Below, piece by piece: positions 24,901 through 39,900 of a stretch of DNA of 58,404 nt (its first letter is position 1; every line of letters begins with the position of its first letter). Position numbers and translations under genes: made by a program. Source of the stretch: Utricularia gibba. Its lineage: Eukaryota > Plantae > Magnoliophyta. Location: assembly GCA_002189035.1 (NCBI GenBank), contig NEEC01000060.1, positions 1 through 58,404 of the forward strand, given 5' to 3'. The notes below the pieces were generated by a model, which was not told the DNA's origin, searched no databases, and saw only the letters and a list, made by a program, of their open reading frames with translations.

Positions 24901-27900
24901 CACGTGTGATTTTTCGGCTGCATCCCGAATGGTGATGCGCAATGAAATGACTATGTCGCACATCCTGGTCCACGAAGCACCTCTTCGAAAACATGTAGAG
25001 CCTTACTCTTCATAGCACACCATTGGGAAGCTTTATTCGTGCTCCAAGTAATATCATATGGAGTTACGTTTTTCCGATAACTGTGGACATATTAAAAACA
25101 ACCTCAACGAAAAGTGTCTTCCGTGTCCTTCCTTGGTGGCTGCGTCTAAGAATGTGCTTCTCGTTCTCGACATTGATGCAAATGGGATACACGGCAAAAG
25201 AATCAAATAGCCACTAGAGACATGGTGTATGGGAATGGTGCATCAAGAATCAGAAGTATCATAGCAACTAATTGAATCAATCAACAGCCAAAACATATGG
25301 TGTCAAACTTCATCGGATATGCGATCAAGATGGAAAAAAGTCACATGTTACATCATGAATTTCGTGGCATCACTTATCCCAACACTGTTGTATACTCAGG
25401 ATATGCGTAAATATTTATTTTTAACAAATCCGGTGCACGTGTGATTTTTCGGCTGCATCCCGAATGGTGATGCGCAATGAAATGACTATGTCGCACATCC
25501 TGGTCCACGAAGCACCTCTTCGAAACATGTAGAGCCTTACTCTTCATAGCACACCATTGGGAAGCTTTATTCGTGCTCCAAGTAATATCATATGGAGTTA
25601 CGTTTTTCCGATAACTGTGGACATATTAAAAACAACCTCAACGAAAAGTGTCTTCCGTGTCCTTCCTTGGTGGCTGCGTCTAAGAATGTGCTTCTCGTTC
25701 TCGACATTGATGCAAATGGGATACACGGCAAAAGAATCAAATAGCCACTAGAGACATGGTGTATGGGAATGGTGCATCAAGAATCAGAAGTATCATAGCA
25801 ACTAATTGAATCAATCAACAGCCAAAACATATGGTGTCAAACTTCATCGGATATGCGATCAAGATGGAAAAAAGTCACATGTTACATCATGAATTTCGTG
25901 GCATCACTTATCCCAACACTGTTGTATACTCAGGATATGCGTAAATATTTATTTTTAACAAATCCGGTGCACGTGTGATTTTTCGGCTGCATCCCGAATG
26001 GTGATGCGCAATGAAATGACTATGTCGCACATCCTGGTCCACGAAGCACCTCTTCGAAAATATGTAGAGCCTTACTCTTCATAGCACACCATTGGGAAGC
26101 TTTATTCGTGCTCCAAGTAATATCATATGGAGTTACGTTTTTCCGATAACTGTGGACATATTAAAAACAACCTCAACGAAAAGTGTCTTCCGTGTCCTTC
26201 CTTGGTGGCTGCGTTTAAGAATGTGCTTCTCGTTCTCGACATTGATGCAAATGGATACACGGCAAAAGAATCAAATAGCCACTAGAGACATGGTGTATGG
26301 GAATGGTGCATCAAGAATCAGAAGTATCATAGCAACTAATTGAATCAATCAACAGCCAAAACATATGGTGTCAAACTTCATCGGATATGCGATCAAGATG
26401 GAAAAAAGTCACATGTTACATCATGAATTTCGTGGCATCACTTATCCCAACACTGTTGTATACTCAGGATATGCGTAAATATTTATTTTTAACAAATCCG
26501 GTGCACGTGTGATTTTTCGGCTGCATCCCGAATGGTGATGCGCAATGAAATGACTATGTCGCACATCCTGGTCCACGAAGCACCTCTTCGAAAACATGTA
26601 GAGCCTTACTCTTCATAGCACACCATTGGGAAGCTTTATTCGTGCTCCAAGTAATATCATATGGAGTTACGTTTTTCCGATAACTGTGGACATATTAAAA
26701 ACAACCTCAACGAAAAGTGTCTTCCGTGTCCTTCCTTGGTGGCTGCGTCTAAGAATGTGCTTCTCGTTCTCGACATTGATGCAAATGGGATACACGGCAA
26801 AAGAATCAAATAGCCACTAGAGACATGGTGTATGGGAATGGTGCATCAAGAATCAGAAGTATCATAGCAACTAATTGAATCAATCAACAGCCAAAACATA
26901 TGGTGTCAAACTTCATCGGATATGCGATCAAGATGGAAAAAAGTCACATGTTACATCATGAATTTCGTGGCATCACTTATCCCAACACTGTTGTATACTC
27001 AGGATATGCGTAAATATTTATTTTTAACAAATCCGGTGCACGTGTGATTTTTCGGCTGCATCCCGAATGGTGATGCGCAATGAAATGACTATGTCGCACA
27101 TCCTGGTCCACGAAGCACCTCTTCGAAAACATGTAGAGCCTTACTCTTCATAGCACACCATTGGGAAGCTTTATTCGTGCTCCAAGTAATATCATATGGA
27201 GTTACGTTTTTCCGATAACTGTGGACATATTAAAAACAACCTCAACGAAAAGTGTCAAGAATGTGCTTCTCGTTCTCGACATTGATGCAAATGGGATACA
27301 CGGCAAAAGAATCAAATAGCCACTAGAGACATGGTGTATGGGAATGGTGCATCAAGAATCAGAAGTATCATAGCAACTAATTGAATCAATCAACAGCCAA
27401 AACATATGGTGTCAAACTTCATCGGATATGCGATCAAGATGGAAAAAAGTCACATGTTACATCATGAATTTCGTGGCATCACTTATCCCAACACTGTTGT
27501 ATACTCAGGATATGCGTAAATATTTATTTTTAACAAATCCGGTGCACGTGTGATTTTTCGGCTGCATCCCGAATGGTGATGCGCAATGAAATGACTATGT
27601 CGCACATCCTGGTCCACGAAGCACCTCTTCGAAAACATGTAGCCTTACTCTTCATAGCACACCATTGGGAAGCTTTATTCGTGCTCCAAGTAATATCATA
27701 TGGAGTTACGTTTCCGATAACTGTGGACATATTAAAAACAACCTCAACGAAATGTGTCTTCGTGTCCTTCTTGGTGGCTGCGTTTAATAATGTGCTTCTC
27801 GTTCTCGACATTGATGCAAATGGATACACGGCAAAAGAATCAAATAGCCACTAGAGACATGGTGTAAGGGAATGGTGCATCAAGAATCAGAAGTATCATA

Positions 27901-30900
27901 GCAACTAATTGAATCAATCAACAGCCAAAACATATGGTGTCAAACTTCATCGGATATGCGATCAAGATGGAAAAAAGTCACATGTTACATCATGAATTTC
28001 GTGGCATCACTTATCCCAACACTGTTGTATACTCAGGATATGCGTAAATATTTATTTTTAACAAATCCGGTGCACGTGTGATTTTTCGGCTGCATCCCGA
28101 ATGGTGATGCGCAATGAAATGACTATGTCGCACATCCTGGTCCACGAAGCACCTCTTCGAAAATGTAGAGCCTTACTCTTCATAGCACACCATTGGGAAG
28201 CTTTATTCGTGCTCCAAGTAATATCATATGGAGTTACGTTTTTTCCACACCATTGGGATTTAACATGTGGACTCCGATAACTTCTCGTGGACAAATATTA
28301 AAAGCCACAAGACATGGTGTATGGGAATGGTGCTCAACGAAGTATCATAGCAACTGTCAATTATGGTGTCAAACTTCATCGGATATGCGATCAAGATGGA
28401 AAAAAGTCACATGTTACATCATGAATTTCGTGGCATCACTTATCCAACACTGTTGTATACTCAGGATATGCGTAAATATTTATTTTTAACAAATCCGGTG
28501 CACGTGTGATTTTTCGGCTGCATCCCGAATGGTGATGCGCAATGAAATGACTATGTCGCACATCCTGGTCCACGAAGCACCTCTTCGAAAACATGTAGAG
28601 CCTTACTCTTCATAGCACACCATTGGGAAGCTTTATTCGTGCTCCAAGTAATATCATATGGAGTTACGTTTTTCCGATAACTGTGGACATATTAAAAACA
28701 ACCTCAACGAAAAGTGTCTTCCGTGTCCTTCCTTGGTGGCTGCGTCTAAGAATGTGCTTCTCGTTCTCGACATTGATGCAAATGGGATACACGGCAAAAG
28801 AATCAAATAGCCACTAGAGACATGGTGTATGGGAATGGTGCATCAAGAATCAGAAGTATCATAGCAACTAATTGAATCAATCAACAGCCAAAACATATGG
28901 TGTCAAACTTCATCGGATATGCGATCAAGATGGAAAAAAGTCACATGTTACATCATGAATTTCGTGGCATCACTTATCCCAACACTGTTGTATACTCAGG
29001 ATATGCGTAAATATTTATTTTTAACAAATCCGGTGCACGTGTGATTTTTCGGCTGCATCCCGAATGGTGATGCGCAATGAAATGACTATGTCGCACATCC
29101 TGGTCCACGAAGCACCTCTTCGAAACATGTAGAGCCTTACTCTTCATAGCACACCATTGGGAAGCTTTATTCGTGCTCCAAGTAATATCATATGGAGTTA
29201 CGTTTTCCGATAACTGTGGACATATTAAAAACAACCTCAACGAAAAGTGTCTTCCGTGTCCTTCCTTGGTGGCTGCGTCTAAGAATGTGCTTCTCGTTCT
29301 CGACATTGATGCAAATGGGATACACGGCAAAAGAATCAAATAGCCACTAGAGACATGGTGTATGGGAATGGTGCATCAAGAATCAGAAGTATCATAGCAA
29401 CTAATTGAATCAATCAACAGCCAAAACATATGGTGTCAAACTTCATCGGATATGCGATCAAGATGGAAAAAAGTCACATGTTACATCATGAATTTCGTGG
29501 CATCACTTATCCCAACACTGTTGTATACTCAGGATATGCGTAAATATTTATTTTTAACAAATCCGGTGCACGTGTGATTTTTCGGCTGCATCCCGAATGG
29601 TGATGCGCAATGAAATGACTATGTCGCACATCCTGGTCCACGAAGCACCTCTTCGAAACATGTAGAGCCTTACTCTTCATAGCACACCATTGGGAAGCTT
29701 TATTCGTGCTCCAAGTAATATCATATGGAGTTACGTTTTTCCGATAACTGTGGACATATTAAAAACAACCTCAACGAAAAGTGTCTTCCGTGTCCTTCCT
29801 TGGTGGCTGCGTCTAAGAATGTGCTTCTCGTTCTCGACATTGATGCAAATGGGATACACGGCAAAAGAATCAAATAGCCACTAGAGACATGGTGTATGGG
29901 AATGGTGCATCAAGAATCAGAAGTATCATAGCAACTAATTGAATCAATCAACAGCCAAAACATATGGTGTCAAACTTCATCGGATATGCGATCAAGATGG
30001 AAAAAAGTCACATGTTACATCATGAATTTCGTGGCATCACTTATCCCAACACTGTTGTATACTCAGGATATGCGTAAATATTTATTTTTAACAAATCCGG
30101 TGCACGTGTGATTTTTCGGCTGCATCCCGAATGGTGATGCGCAATGAAATGACTATGTCGCACATCCTGGTCCACGAAGCACCTCTTCGAAAACATGTAG
30201 AGCCTTACTCTTCATAGCACACCATTGGGAAGCTTTATTCGTGCTCCAAGTAATATCATATGGAGTTACGTTTCCGATAACTGTGGACATATTAAAAACA
30301 ACCTCAACGAAAAGTGTCTTTGTCCTTCCTTGGTGGCTGCGTCTAAGAATGTGCTTCTCGTTCTCGACATTGATGCAAATGGGATACACGGCAAAAGAAT
30401 CAAATAGCCACTAGAGACATGGTGTATGGGAATGCATCAAGAATCAGAAGTATCATAGCAACTAATTGAATCAATCAACAGCCAAAACATATGGTGTCAA
30501 ACTTCATCGGATATGCGATCAAGATGGAAAAAAGTCACATGTTACATCATGAATTTCGTGGCATCACTTATCCCAACACTGTTGTATACTCAGGATATGC
30601 GTAAATATTTATTTTTAACAAATCCGGTGCACGTGTGATTTTTCGGCTGCATCCCGAATGGTGATGCGCAATGAAATGACTATGTCGCACATCCTGGTCC
30701 ACGAAGCACCTCTTCGAAACATGTAGAGCCTTACTCTTCATAGCACACCATTGGGAAGCTTTATTCGTGCTCCAAGTAATATCATATGGAGTTACGTTTT
30801 TCCGATAACTGTGGACATATTAAAAACAACCTCAACGAAAAGTGTCTTCCGTGTCCTTCCTTGGTGGCTGCGTCTAAGAATGTGCTTCTCGTTCTCGACA

Positions 30901-33900
30901 TTGATGCAAATGGGATACACGGCAAAAGAATCAAATAGCCACTAGAGACATGGTGTATGGGAATGGTGCATCAAGAATCAGAAGTATCATAGCAACTAAT
31001 TGAATCAATCAACAGCCAAAACATATGGTGTCAAACTTCATCGGATATGCGATCAAGATGGAAAAAAGTCACATGTTACATCATGAATTTCGTGGCATCA
31101 CTTATCCCAACACTGTTGTATACTCAGGATATGCGTAAATATTTATTTTTAACAAATCCGGTGCACGTGTGATTTTTCGGCTGCATCCCGAATGGTGATG
31201 CGCAATGAAATGACTATGTCGCACATCCTGGTCCACGAAGCACCTCTTCGAAAACATGTAGAGCCTTACTCTTCATAGCACACCATTGGGAAGCTTTATT
31301 CGTGCTCCAAGTAATATCATATGGAGTTACGTTTTTCCGATAACTGTGGACATATTAAAAACAACCTCAACGAAAAGTGTCTTCGTGTCCTTCCTTGGTG
31401 GCTGCGTCTAAGAATGTGCTTCTCGTTCTCGACATTGATGCAAATGGGATACACGGCAAAAGAATCAAATAGCCACTAGAGACATGGTGTATGGGAATGG
31501 TGCATCAAGAATCAGAAGTATCATAGCAACTAATTGAATCAATCAACAGCCAAAACATATGGTGTCAAACTTCATCGGATATGCGATCAAGATGGAAAAA
31601 AGTCACATGTTACATCATGAATTTCGTGGCATCACTTATCCCAACACTGTTGTATACTCAGGATATGCGTAAATATTTATTTTTAACAAATCCGGTGCAC
31701 GTGTGATTTTTCGGCTGCATCCCGAATGGTGATGCGCAATGAAATGACTATGTCGCACATCCTGGTCCACGAAGCACCTCTTCGAAAACATGTAGAGCCT
31801 TACTCTTCATAGCACACCATTGGGAAGCTTTATTCGTGCTCCAAGTAATATCATATGGAGTTACGTTTTTCCGATAACTGTGGACATATTAAAAACAACC
31901 TCAACGAAAAGTGTCTTCCGTGTCCTTCCTTGGTGGCTGCGTCTAAGAATGTGCTTCTCGTTCTCGACATTGATGCAAATGGGATACACGGCAAAAGAAT
32001 CAAATAGCCACTAGAGACATGGTGTATGGGAATGGTGCATCAAGAATCAGAAGTATCATAGCAACTAATTGAATCAATCAACAGCCAAAACATATGGTGT
32101 CAAACTTCATCGGATATGCGATCAAGATGGAAAAAAGTCACATGTTACATCATGAATTTCGTGGCATCACTTATCCCAACACTGTTGTATACTCAGGATA
32201 TGCGTAAATATTTATTTTTAACAAATCCGGTGCACGTGTGATTTTTCGGCTGCATCCCGAATGGTGATGCGCAATGAAATGACTATGTCGCACATCCTGG
32301 TCCACGAAGCACCTCTTCGAAACATGTAGAGCCTTACTCTTCATAGCACACCATTGGGAAGCTTTATTCGTGCTCCAAGTAATATCATATGGAGTTACGT
32401 TTTTCCGATAACTGTGGACATATTAAAAACAACCTCAACGAAAAGTGTCTTCCGTGTCCTTCCTTGGTGGCTGCGTCTAAGAATGTGCTTCTCGTTCTCG
32501 ACATTGATGCAAATGGGATACACGGCAAAAGAATCAAATAGCCACTAGAGACATGGTGTATGGGAATGGTGCATCAAGAATCAGAAGTATCATAGCAACT
32601 AATTGAATCAATCAACAGCCAAAACATATGGTGTCAAACTTCATCGGATATGCGATCAAGATGGAAAAAAGTCACATGTTACATCATGAATTTCGTGGCA
32701 TCACTTATCCCAACACTGTTGTATACTCAGGATATGCGTAAATATTTATTTTTAACAAATCCGGTGCACGTGTGATTTTTCGGCTGCATCCCGAATGGTG
32801 ATGCGCAATGAAATGACTATGTCGCACATCCTGGTCCACGAAGCACCTCTTCGAAAACATGTAGAGCCTTACTCTTCATAGCACACCATTGGGAAGCTTT
32901 ATTCGTGCTCCAAGTAATATCATATGGAGTTACGTTTTTCCGATAACTGTGGACATATTAAAAACAACCTCAACGAAAAGTGTCTTCCGTGTCCTTCCTT
33001 GGTGGCTGCGTCTAAGAATGTGCTTCTCGTTCTCGACATTGATGCAAATGGGATACACGGCAAAAGAATCAAATAGCCACTAGAGACATGGTGTATGGGA
33101 ATGGTGCATCAAGAATCAGAAGTATCATAGCAACTAATTGAATCAATCAACAGCCAAAACATATGGTGTCAAACTTCATCGGATATGCGATCAAGATGGA
33201 AAAAAGTCACATGTTACATCATGAATTTCGTGGCATCACTTATCCCAACACTGTTGTATACTCAGGATATGCGTAAATATTTATTTTTAACAAATCCGGT
33301 GCACGTGTGATTTTTCGGCTGCATCCCGAATGGTGATGCGCAATGAAATGACTATGTCGCACATCCTGGTCCACGAAGCACCTCTTCGAAAACATGTAGA
33401 GCCTTACTCTTCATAGCACACCATTGGGAAGCTTTATTCGTGCTCCAAGTAATATCATATGGAGTTACGTTTTTCCGATAACTGTGGACATATTAAAAAC
33501 AACCTCAACGAAAAGTGTCTTCCGTGTCCTTCCTTGGTGGCTGCGTCTAAGAATGTGCTTCTCGTTCTCGACATTGATGCAAATGGGATACACGGCAAAA
33601 GAATCAAATAGCCACTAGAGACATGGTGTATGGGAATGGTGCATCAAGAATCAGAAGTATCATAGCAACTAATTGAATCAATCAACAGCCAAAACATATG
33701 GTGTCAAACTTCATCGGATATGCGATCAAGATGGAAAAAAGTCACATGTTACATCATGAATTTCGTGGCATCACTTATCCCAACACTGTTGTATACTCAG
33801 GATATGCGTAAATATTTATTTTTAACAAATCCGGTGCACGTGTGATTTTTCGGCTGCATCCCGAATGGTGATGCGCAATGAAATGACTATGTCGCACATC

Positions 33901-36900
33901 CTGGTCCACGAAGCACCTCTTCGAAACATGTAGAGCCTTACTCTTCATAGCACACCATTGGGAAGCTTTATTCGTGCTCCAAGTAATATCATATGGAGTT
34001 ACGTTTTTCCGATAACTGTGGACATATTAAAAACAACCTCAACGAAAAGTGTCTTCCGTGTCCTTCCTTGGTGGCTGCGTCTAAGAATGTGCTTCTCGTT
34101 CTCGACATTGATGCAAATGGGATACACGGCAAAAGAATCAAATAGCCACTAGAGACATGGTGTATGGGAATGGTGCATCAAGAATCAGAAGTATCATAGC
34201 AACTAATTGAATCAATCAACAGCCAAAACATATGGTGTCAAACTTCATCGGATATGCGATCAAGATGGAAAAAAGTCACATGTTACATCATGAATTTCGT
34301 GGCATCACTTATCCCAACACTGTTGTATACTCAGGATATGCGTAAATATTTATTTTTAACAAATCCGGTGCACGTGTGATTTTTCGGCTGCATCCCGAAT
34401 GGTGATGCGCAATGAAATGACTATGTCGCACATCCTGGTCCACGAAGCACCTCTTCGAAAACATGTAGAGCCTTACTCTTCATAGCACACCATTGGGAAG
34501 CTTTATTCGTGCTCCAAGTAATATCATATGGAGTTACGTTTTTCCGATAACTGTGGACATATTAAAAACAACCTCAACGAAAAGTGTCTTCCGTGTCCTT
34601 CCTTGGTGGCTGCGTCTAAGAATGTGCTTCTCGTTCTCGACATTGATGCAAATGGGATACACGGCAAAAGAATCAAATAGCCACTAGAGACATGGTGTAT
34701 GGGAATGGTGCATCAAGAATCAGAAGTATCATAGCAACTAATTGAATCAATCAACAGCCAAAACATATGGTGTCAAACTTCATCGGATATGCGATCAAGA
34801 TGGAAAAAAGTCACATGTTACATCATGAATTTCGTGGCATCACTTATCCCAACACTGTTGTATACTCAGGATATGCGTAAATATTTATTTTTAACAAATC
34901 CGGTGCACGTGTGATTTTTCGGCTGCATCCCGAATGGTGATGCGCAATGAAATGACTATGTCGCACATCCTGGTCCACGAAGCACCTCTTCGAAAACATG
35001 TAGAGCCTTACTCTTCATAGCACACCATTGGGAAGCTTTATTCGTGCTCCAAGTAATATCATATGGAGTTACGTTTTTCCGATAACTGTGGACATATTAA
35101 AAACAACCTCAACGAAAAGTGTCTTCCGTGTCCTTCCTTGGTGGCTGCGTCTAAGAATGTGCTTCTCGTTCTCGACATTGATGCAAATGGGATACACGGC
35201 AAAAGAATCAAATAGCCACTAGAGACATGGTGTATGGGAATGGTGCATCAAGAATCAGAAGTATCATAGCAACTAATTGAATCAATCAACAGCCAAAACA
35301 TATGGTGTCAAACTTCATCGGATATGCGATCAAGATGGAAAAAAGTCACATGTTACATCATGAATTTCGTGGCATCACTTATCCCAACACTGTTGTATAC
35401 TCAGGATATGCGTAAATATTTATTTTTAACAAATCCGGTGCACGTGTGATTTTTCGGCTGCATCCCGAATGGTGATGCGCAATGAAATGACTATGTCGCA
35501 CATCCTGGTCCACGAAGCACCTCTTCGAAACATGTAGAGCCTTACTCTTCATAGCACACCATTGGGAAGCTTTATTCGTGCTCCAAGTAATATCATATGG
35601 AGTTACGTTTTTCCGATAACTGTGGACATATTAAAAACAACCTCAACGAAAAGTGTCTTCCGTGTCCTTCCTTGGTGGCTGCGTCTAAGAATGTGCTTCT
35701 CGTTCTCGACATTGATGCAAATGGGATACACGGCAAAAGAATCAAATAGCCACTAGAGACATGGTGTATGGGAATGGTGCATCAAGAATCAGAAGTATCA
35801 TAGCAACTAATTGAATCAATCAACAGCCAAAACATATGGTGTCAAACTTCATCGGATATGCGATCAAGATGGAAAAAAGTCACATGTTACATCATGAATT
35901 TCGTGGCATCACTTATCCCAACACTGTTGTATACTCAGGATATGCGTAAATATTTATTTTTAACAAATCCGGTGCACGTGTGATTTTTCGGCTGCATCCC
36001 GAATGGTGATGCGCAATGAAATGACTATGTCGCACATCCTGGTCCACGAAGCACCTCTTCGAAAACATGTAGAGCCTTACTCTTCATAGCACACCATTGG
36101 GAAGCTTTATTCGTGCTCCAAGTAATATCATATGGAGTTACGTTTTTCCGATAACTGTGGACATATTAAAAACAACCTCAACGAAAAGTGTCTTCCGTGT
36201 CCTTCTGCGTTAAGAATGTGCACATTGATGCAAATGATACACGGCAAAGAATCAAATAGCCACTGTGGTCATCAAGAATCAGAAGTATCATAGCGAATCA
36301 ATTATGGTGTCATTCATCGGATATGCGATCAAGATGGAAAAAAGTCACATGTTACATCATGAATTTCGTGGCATCACTTATCCCAACACTGTTGTATACT
36401 CAGGATATGCGTAAATATTTATTTTTAACAAATCCGGTGCACGTGTGATTTTTCGGCTGCATCCCGAATGGTGATGCGCAATGAAATGACTATGTCGCAC
36501 ATCCTGGTCCACGAAGCACCTCTTCGGTGTATTCGAAGTAATATCATATGGAGTTACGTTATAACTGTGGACATATCAAGAATGTACATTGATGCACACG
36601 GCAAAAGAATCAAATAGCCACTAGAGACATGCATCAAGAATCAGAAGTATCATAGCAACTAATTGAATCAATCATATGGTGTCAAACTTCATCGGATATG
36701 CGATCAAGATGGAAAAAAGTCACATGTTACATCATGAATTTCGTGGCATCACTTATCCCAACACTGTTGTATACTCAGGATATGCGTAAATATTTATTTT
36801 TAACAAATCCGGTGCACGTGTGATTTTTCGGCTGCATCCCGAATGGTGATGCGCAATGAAATGACTATGTCGCACATCCTGGTCCACGAAGCACCTCTTC

Positions 36901-39900
36901 GAAAACATGTAGAGCCTTACTCTTCATAGCACACCATTGGGAAGCTTTATTCGTGCTCCAAGTAATATCATATGGAGTTACGTTTTCCGATAACTGTGGA
37001 CATATTAAAAACTCAACGAAAAGTGTCTTCCGTGTCCTTCCTTGGTGGCTGCGTCTAAGAATGTGCTTCTCGTTCTCGACATTGATGCAAATGGGATACA
37101 CGGCAAAAGAATCAAATAGCCACTAGAGACATGGTGTATGGGAATGGTGCATCAAGAATCAGAAGTATCATAGCAACTAATTGAATCAATCAACAGCCAA
37201 AACATATGGTGTCAAACTTCATCGGATATGCGATCAAGATGGAAAAAAGTCACATGTTACATCATGAATTTCGTGGCATCACTTATCCCAACACTGTTGT
37301 ATACTCAGGATATGCGTAAATATTTATTTTTAACAAATCCGGTGCACGTGTGATTTTTCGGCTGCATCCCGAATGGTGATGCGCAATGAAATGACTATGT
37401 CGCACATCCTGGTCCACGAAGCACCTCTTCGAAAACATGTAGAGCCTTACTCTTCATAGCACACCATTGGGAAGCTTTATTCGTGCTCCAAGTAATATCA
37501 TATGGAGTTACGTTTTTCCGATAACTGTGGACATATTAAAAACAACCTCAACGAAAAGTGTCTTCCGTGTCCTTCCTTGGTGGCTGCGTCTAAGAATGTG
37601 CTTCTCGTTCTCGACATTGATGCAAATGGGATACACGGCAAAAGAATCAAATAGCCACTAGAGACATGGTGTATGGGAATGGTGCATCAAGAATCAGAAG
37701 TATCATAGCAACTAATTGAATCAATCAACAGCCAAAACATATGGTGTCAAACTTCATCGGATATGCGATCAAGATGGAAAAAAGTCACATGTTACATCAT
37801 GAATTTCGTGGCATCACTTATCCCAACACTGTTGTATACTCAGGATATGCGTAAATATTTATTTTTAACAAATCCGGTGCACGTGTGATTTTTCGGCTGC
37901 ATCCCGAATGGTGATGCGCAATGAAATGACTATGTCGCACATCCTGGTCCACGAAGCACCTCTTCGAAACATGTAGAGCCTTACTCTTCATAGCACACCA
38001 TTGGGAAGCTTTATTCGTGCTCCAAGTAATATCATATGGAGTTACGTTTTTCCGATAACTGTGGACATATTAAAAACAACCTCAACGAAAAGTGTCTTCC
38101 GTGTCCTTCCTTGGTGGCTGCGTCTAAGAATGTGCTTCTCGTTCTCGACATTGATGCAAATGGGATACACGGCAAAAGAATCAAATAGCCACTAGAGACA
38201 TGGTGTATGGGAATGGTGCATCAAGAATCAGAAGTATCATAGCAACTAATTGAATCAATCAACAGCCAAAACATATGGTGTCAAACTTCATCGGATATGC
38301 GATCAAGATGGAAAAAAGTCACATGTTACATCATGAATTTCGTGGCATCACTTATCCCAACACTGTTGTATACTCAGGATATGCGTAAATATTTATTTTT
38401 AACAAATCCGGTGCACGTGTGATTTTTCGGCTGCATCCCGAATGGTGATGCGCAATGAAATGACTATGTCGCACATCCTGGTCCACGAAGCACCTCTTCG
38501 AAACATGTAGAGCCTTACTCTTCATAGCACACCATTGGGAAGCTTTATTCGTGCTCCAAGTAATATCATATGGAGTTACGTTTTTCCGATAACTGTGGAC
38601 ATATTAAAAACAACCTCAACGAAAAGTGTCTTCCGTGTCCTTCCTTGGTGGCTGCGTCTAAGAATGTGCTTCTCGTTCTCGACATTGATGCAAATGGGAT
38701 ACACGGCAAAAGAATCAAATAGCCACTAGAGACATGGTGTATGGGAATGGTGCATCAAGAATCAGAAGTATCATAGCAACTAATTGAATCAATCAACAGC
38801 CAAAACATATGGTGTCAAACTTCATCGGATATGCGATCAAGATGGAAAAAAGTCACATGTTACATCATGAATTTCGTGGCATCACTTATCCCAACACTGT
38901 TGTATACTCAGGATATGCGTAAATATTTATTTTTAACAAATCCGGTGCACGTGTGATTTTTCGGCTGCATCCCGAATGGTGATGCGCAATGAAATGACTA
39001 TGTCGCACATCCTGGTCCACGAAGCACCTCTTCGAAAACATGTAGAGCCTTACTCTTCATAGCACACCATTGGGAAGCTTTATTCGTGCTCCAAGTAATA
39101 TCATATGGAGTTACGTTTTTCCGATAACTGTGGACATATTAAAAACAACCTCAACGAAAAGTGTCTTCCGTGTCCTTCCTTGGTGGCTGCGTCTAAGAAT
39201 GTGCTTCTCGTTCTCGACATTGATGCAAATGGGATACACGGCAAAAGAATCAAATAGCCACTAGAGACATGGTGTATGGGAATGGTGCATCAAGAATCAG
39301 AAGTATCATAGCAACTAATTGAATCAATCAACAGCCAAAACATATGGTGTCAAACTTCATCGGATATGCGATCAAGATGGAAAAAAGTCACATGTTACAT
39401 CATGAATTTCGTGGCATCACTTATCCCAACACTGTTGTATACTCAGGATATGCGTAAATATTTATTTTTAACAAATCCGGTGCACGTGTGATTTTTCGGC
39501 TGCATCCCGAATGGTGATGCGCAATGAAATGACTATGTCGCACATCCTGGTCCACGAAGCACCTCTTCGAAAACATGTAGAGCCTTACTCTTCATAGCAC
39601 ACCATTGGGAAGCTTTATTCGTGCTCCAAGTAATATCATATGGAGTTACGTTTTTCCGATAACTGTGGACATATTAAAAACAACCTCAACGAAAAGTGTC
39701 TTCCGTGTCCTTCCTTGGTGGCTGCGTCTAAGAATGTGCTTCTCGTTCTCGACATTGATGCAAATGGGATACACGGCAAAAGAATCAAATAGCCACTAGA
39801 GACATGGTGTATGGGAATGGTGCATCAAGAATCAGAAGTATCATAGCAACTAATTGAATCAATCAACAGCCAAAACATATGGTGTCAAACTTCATCGGAT

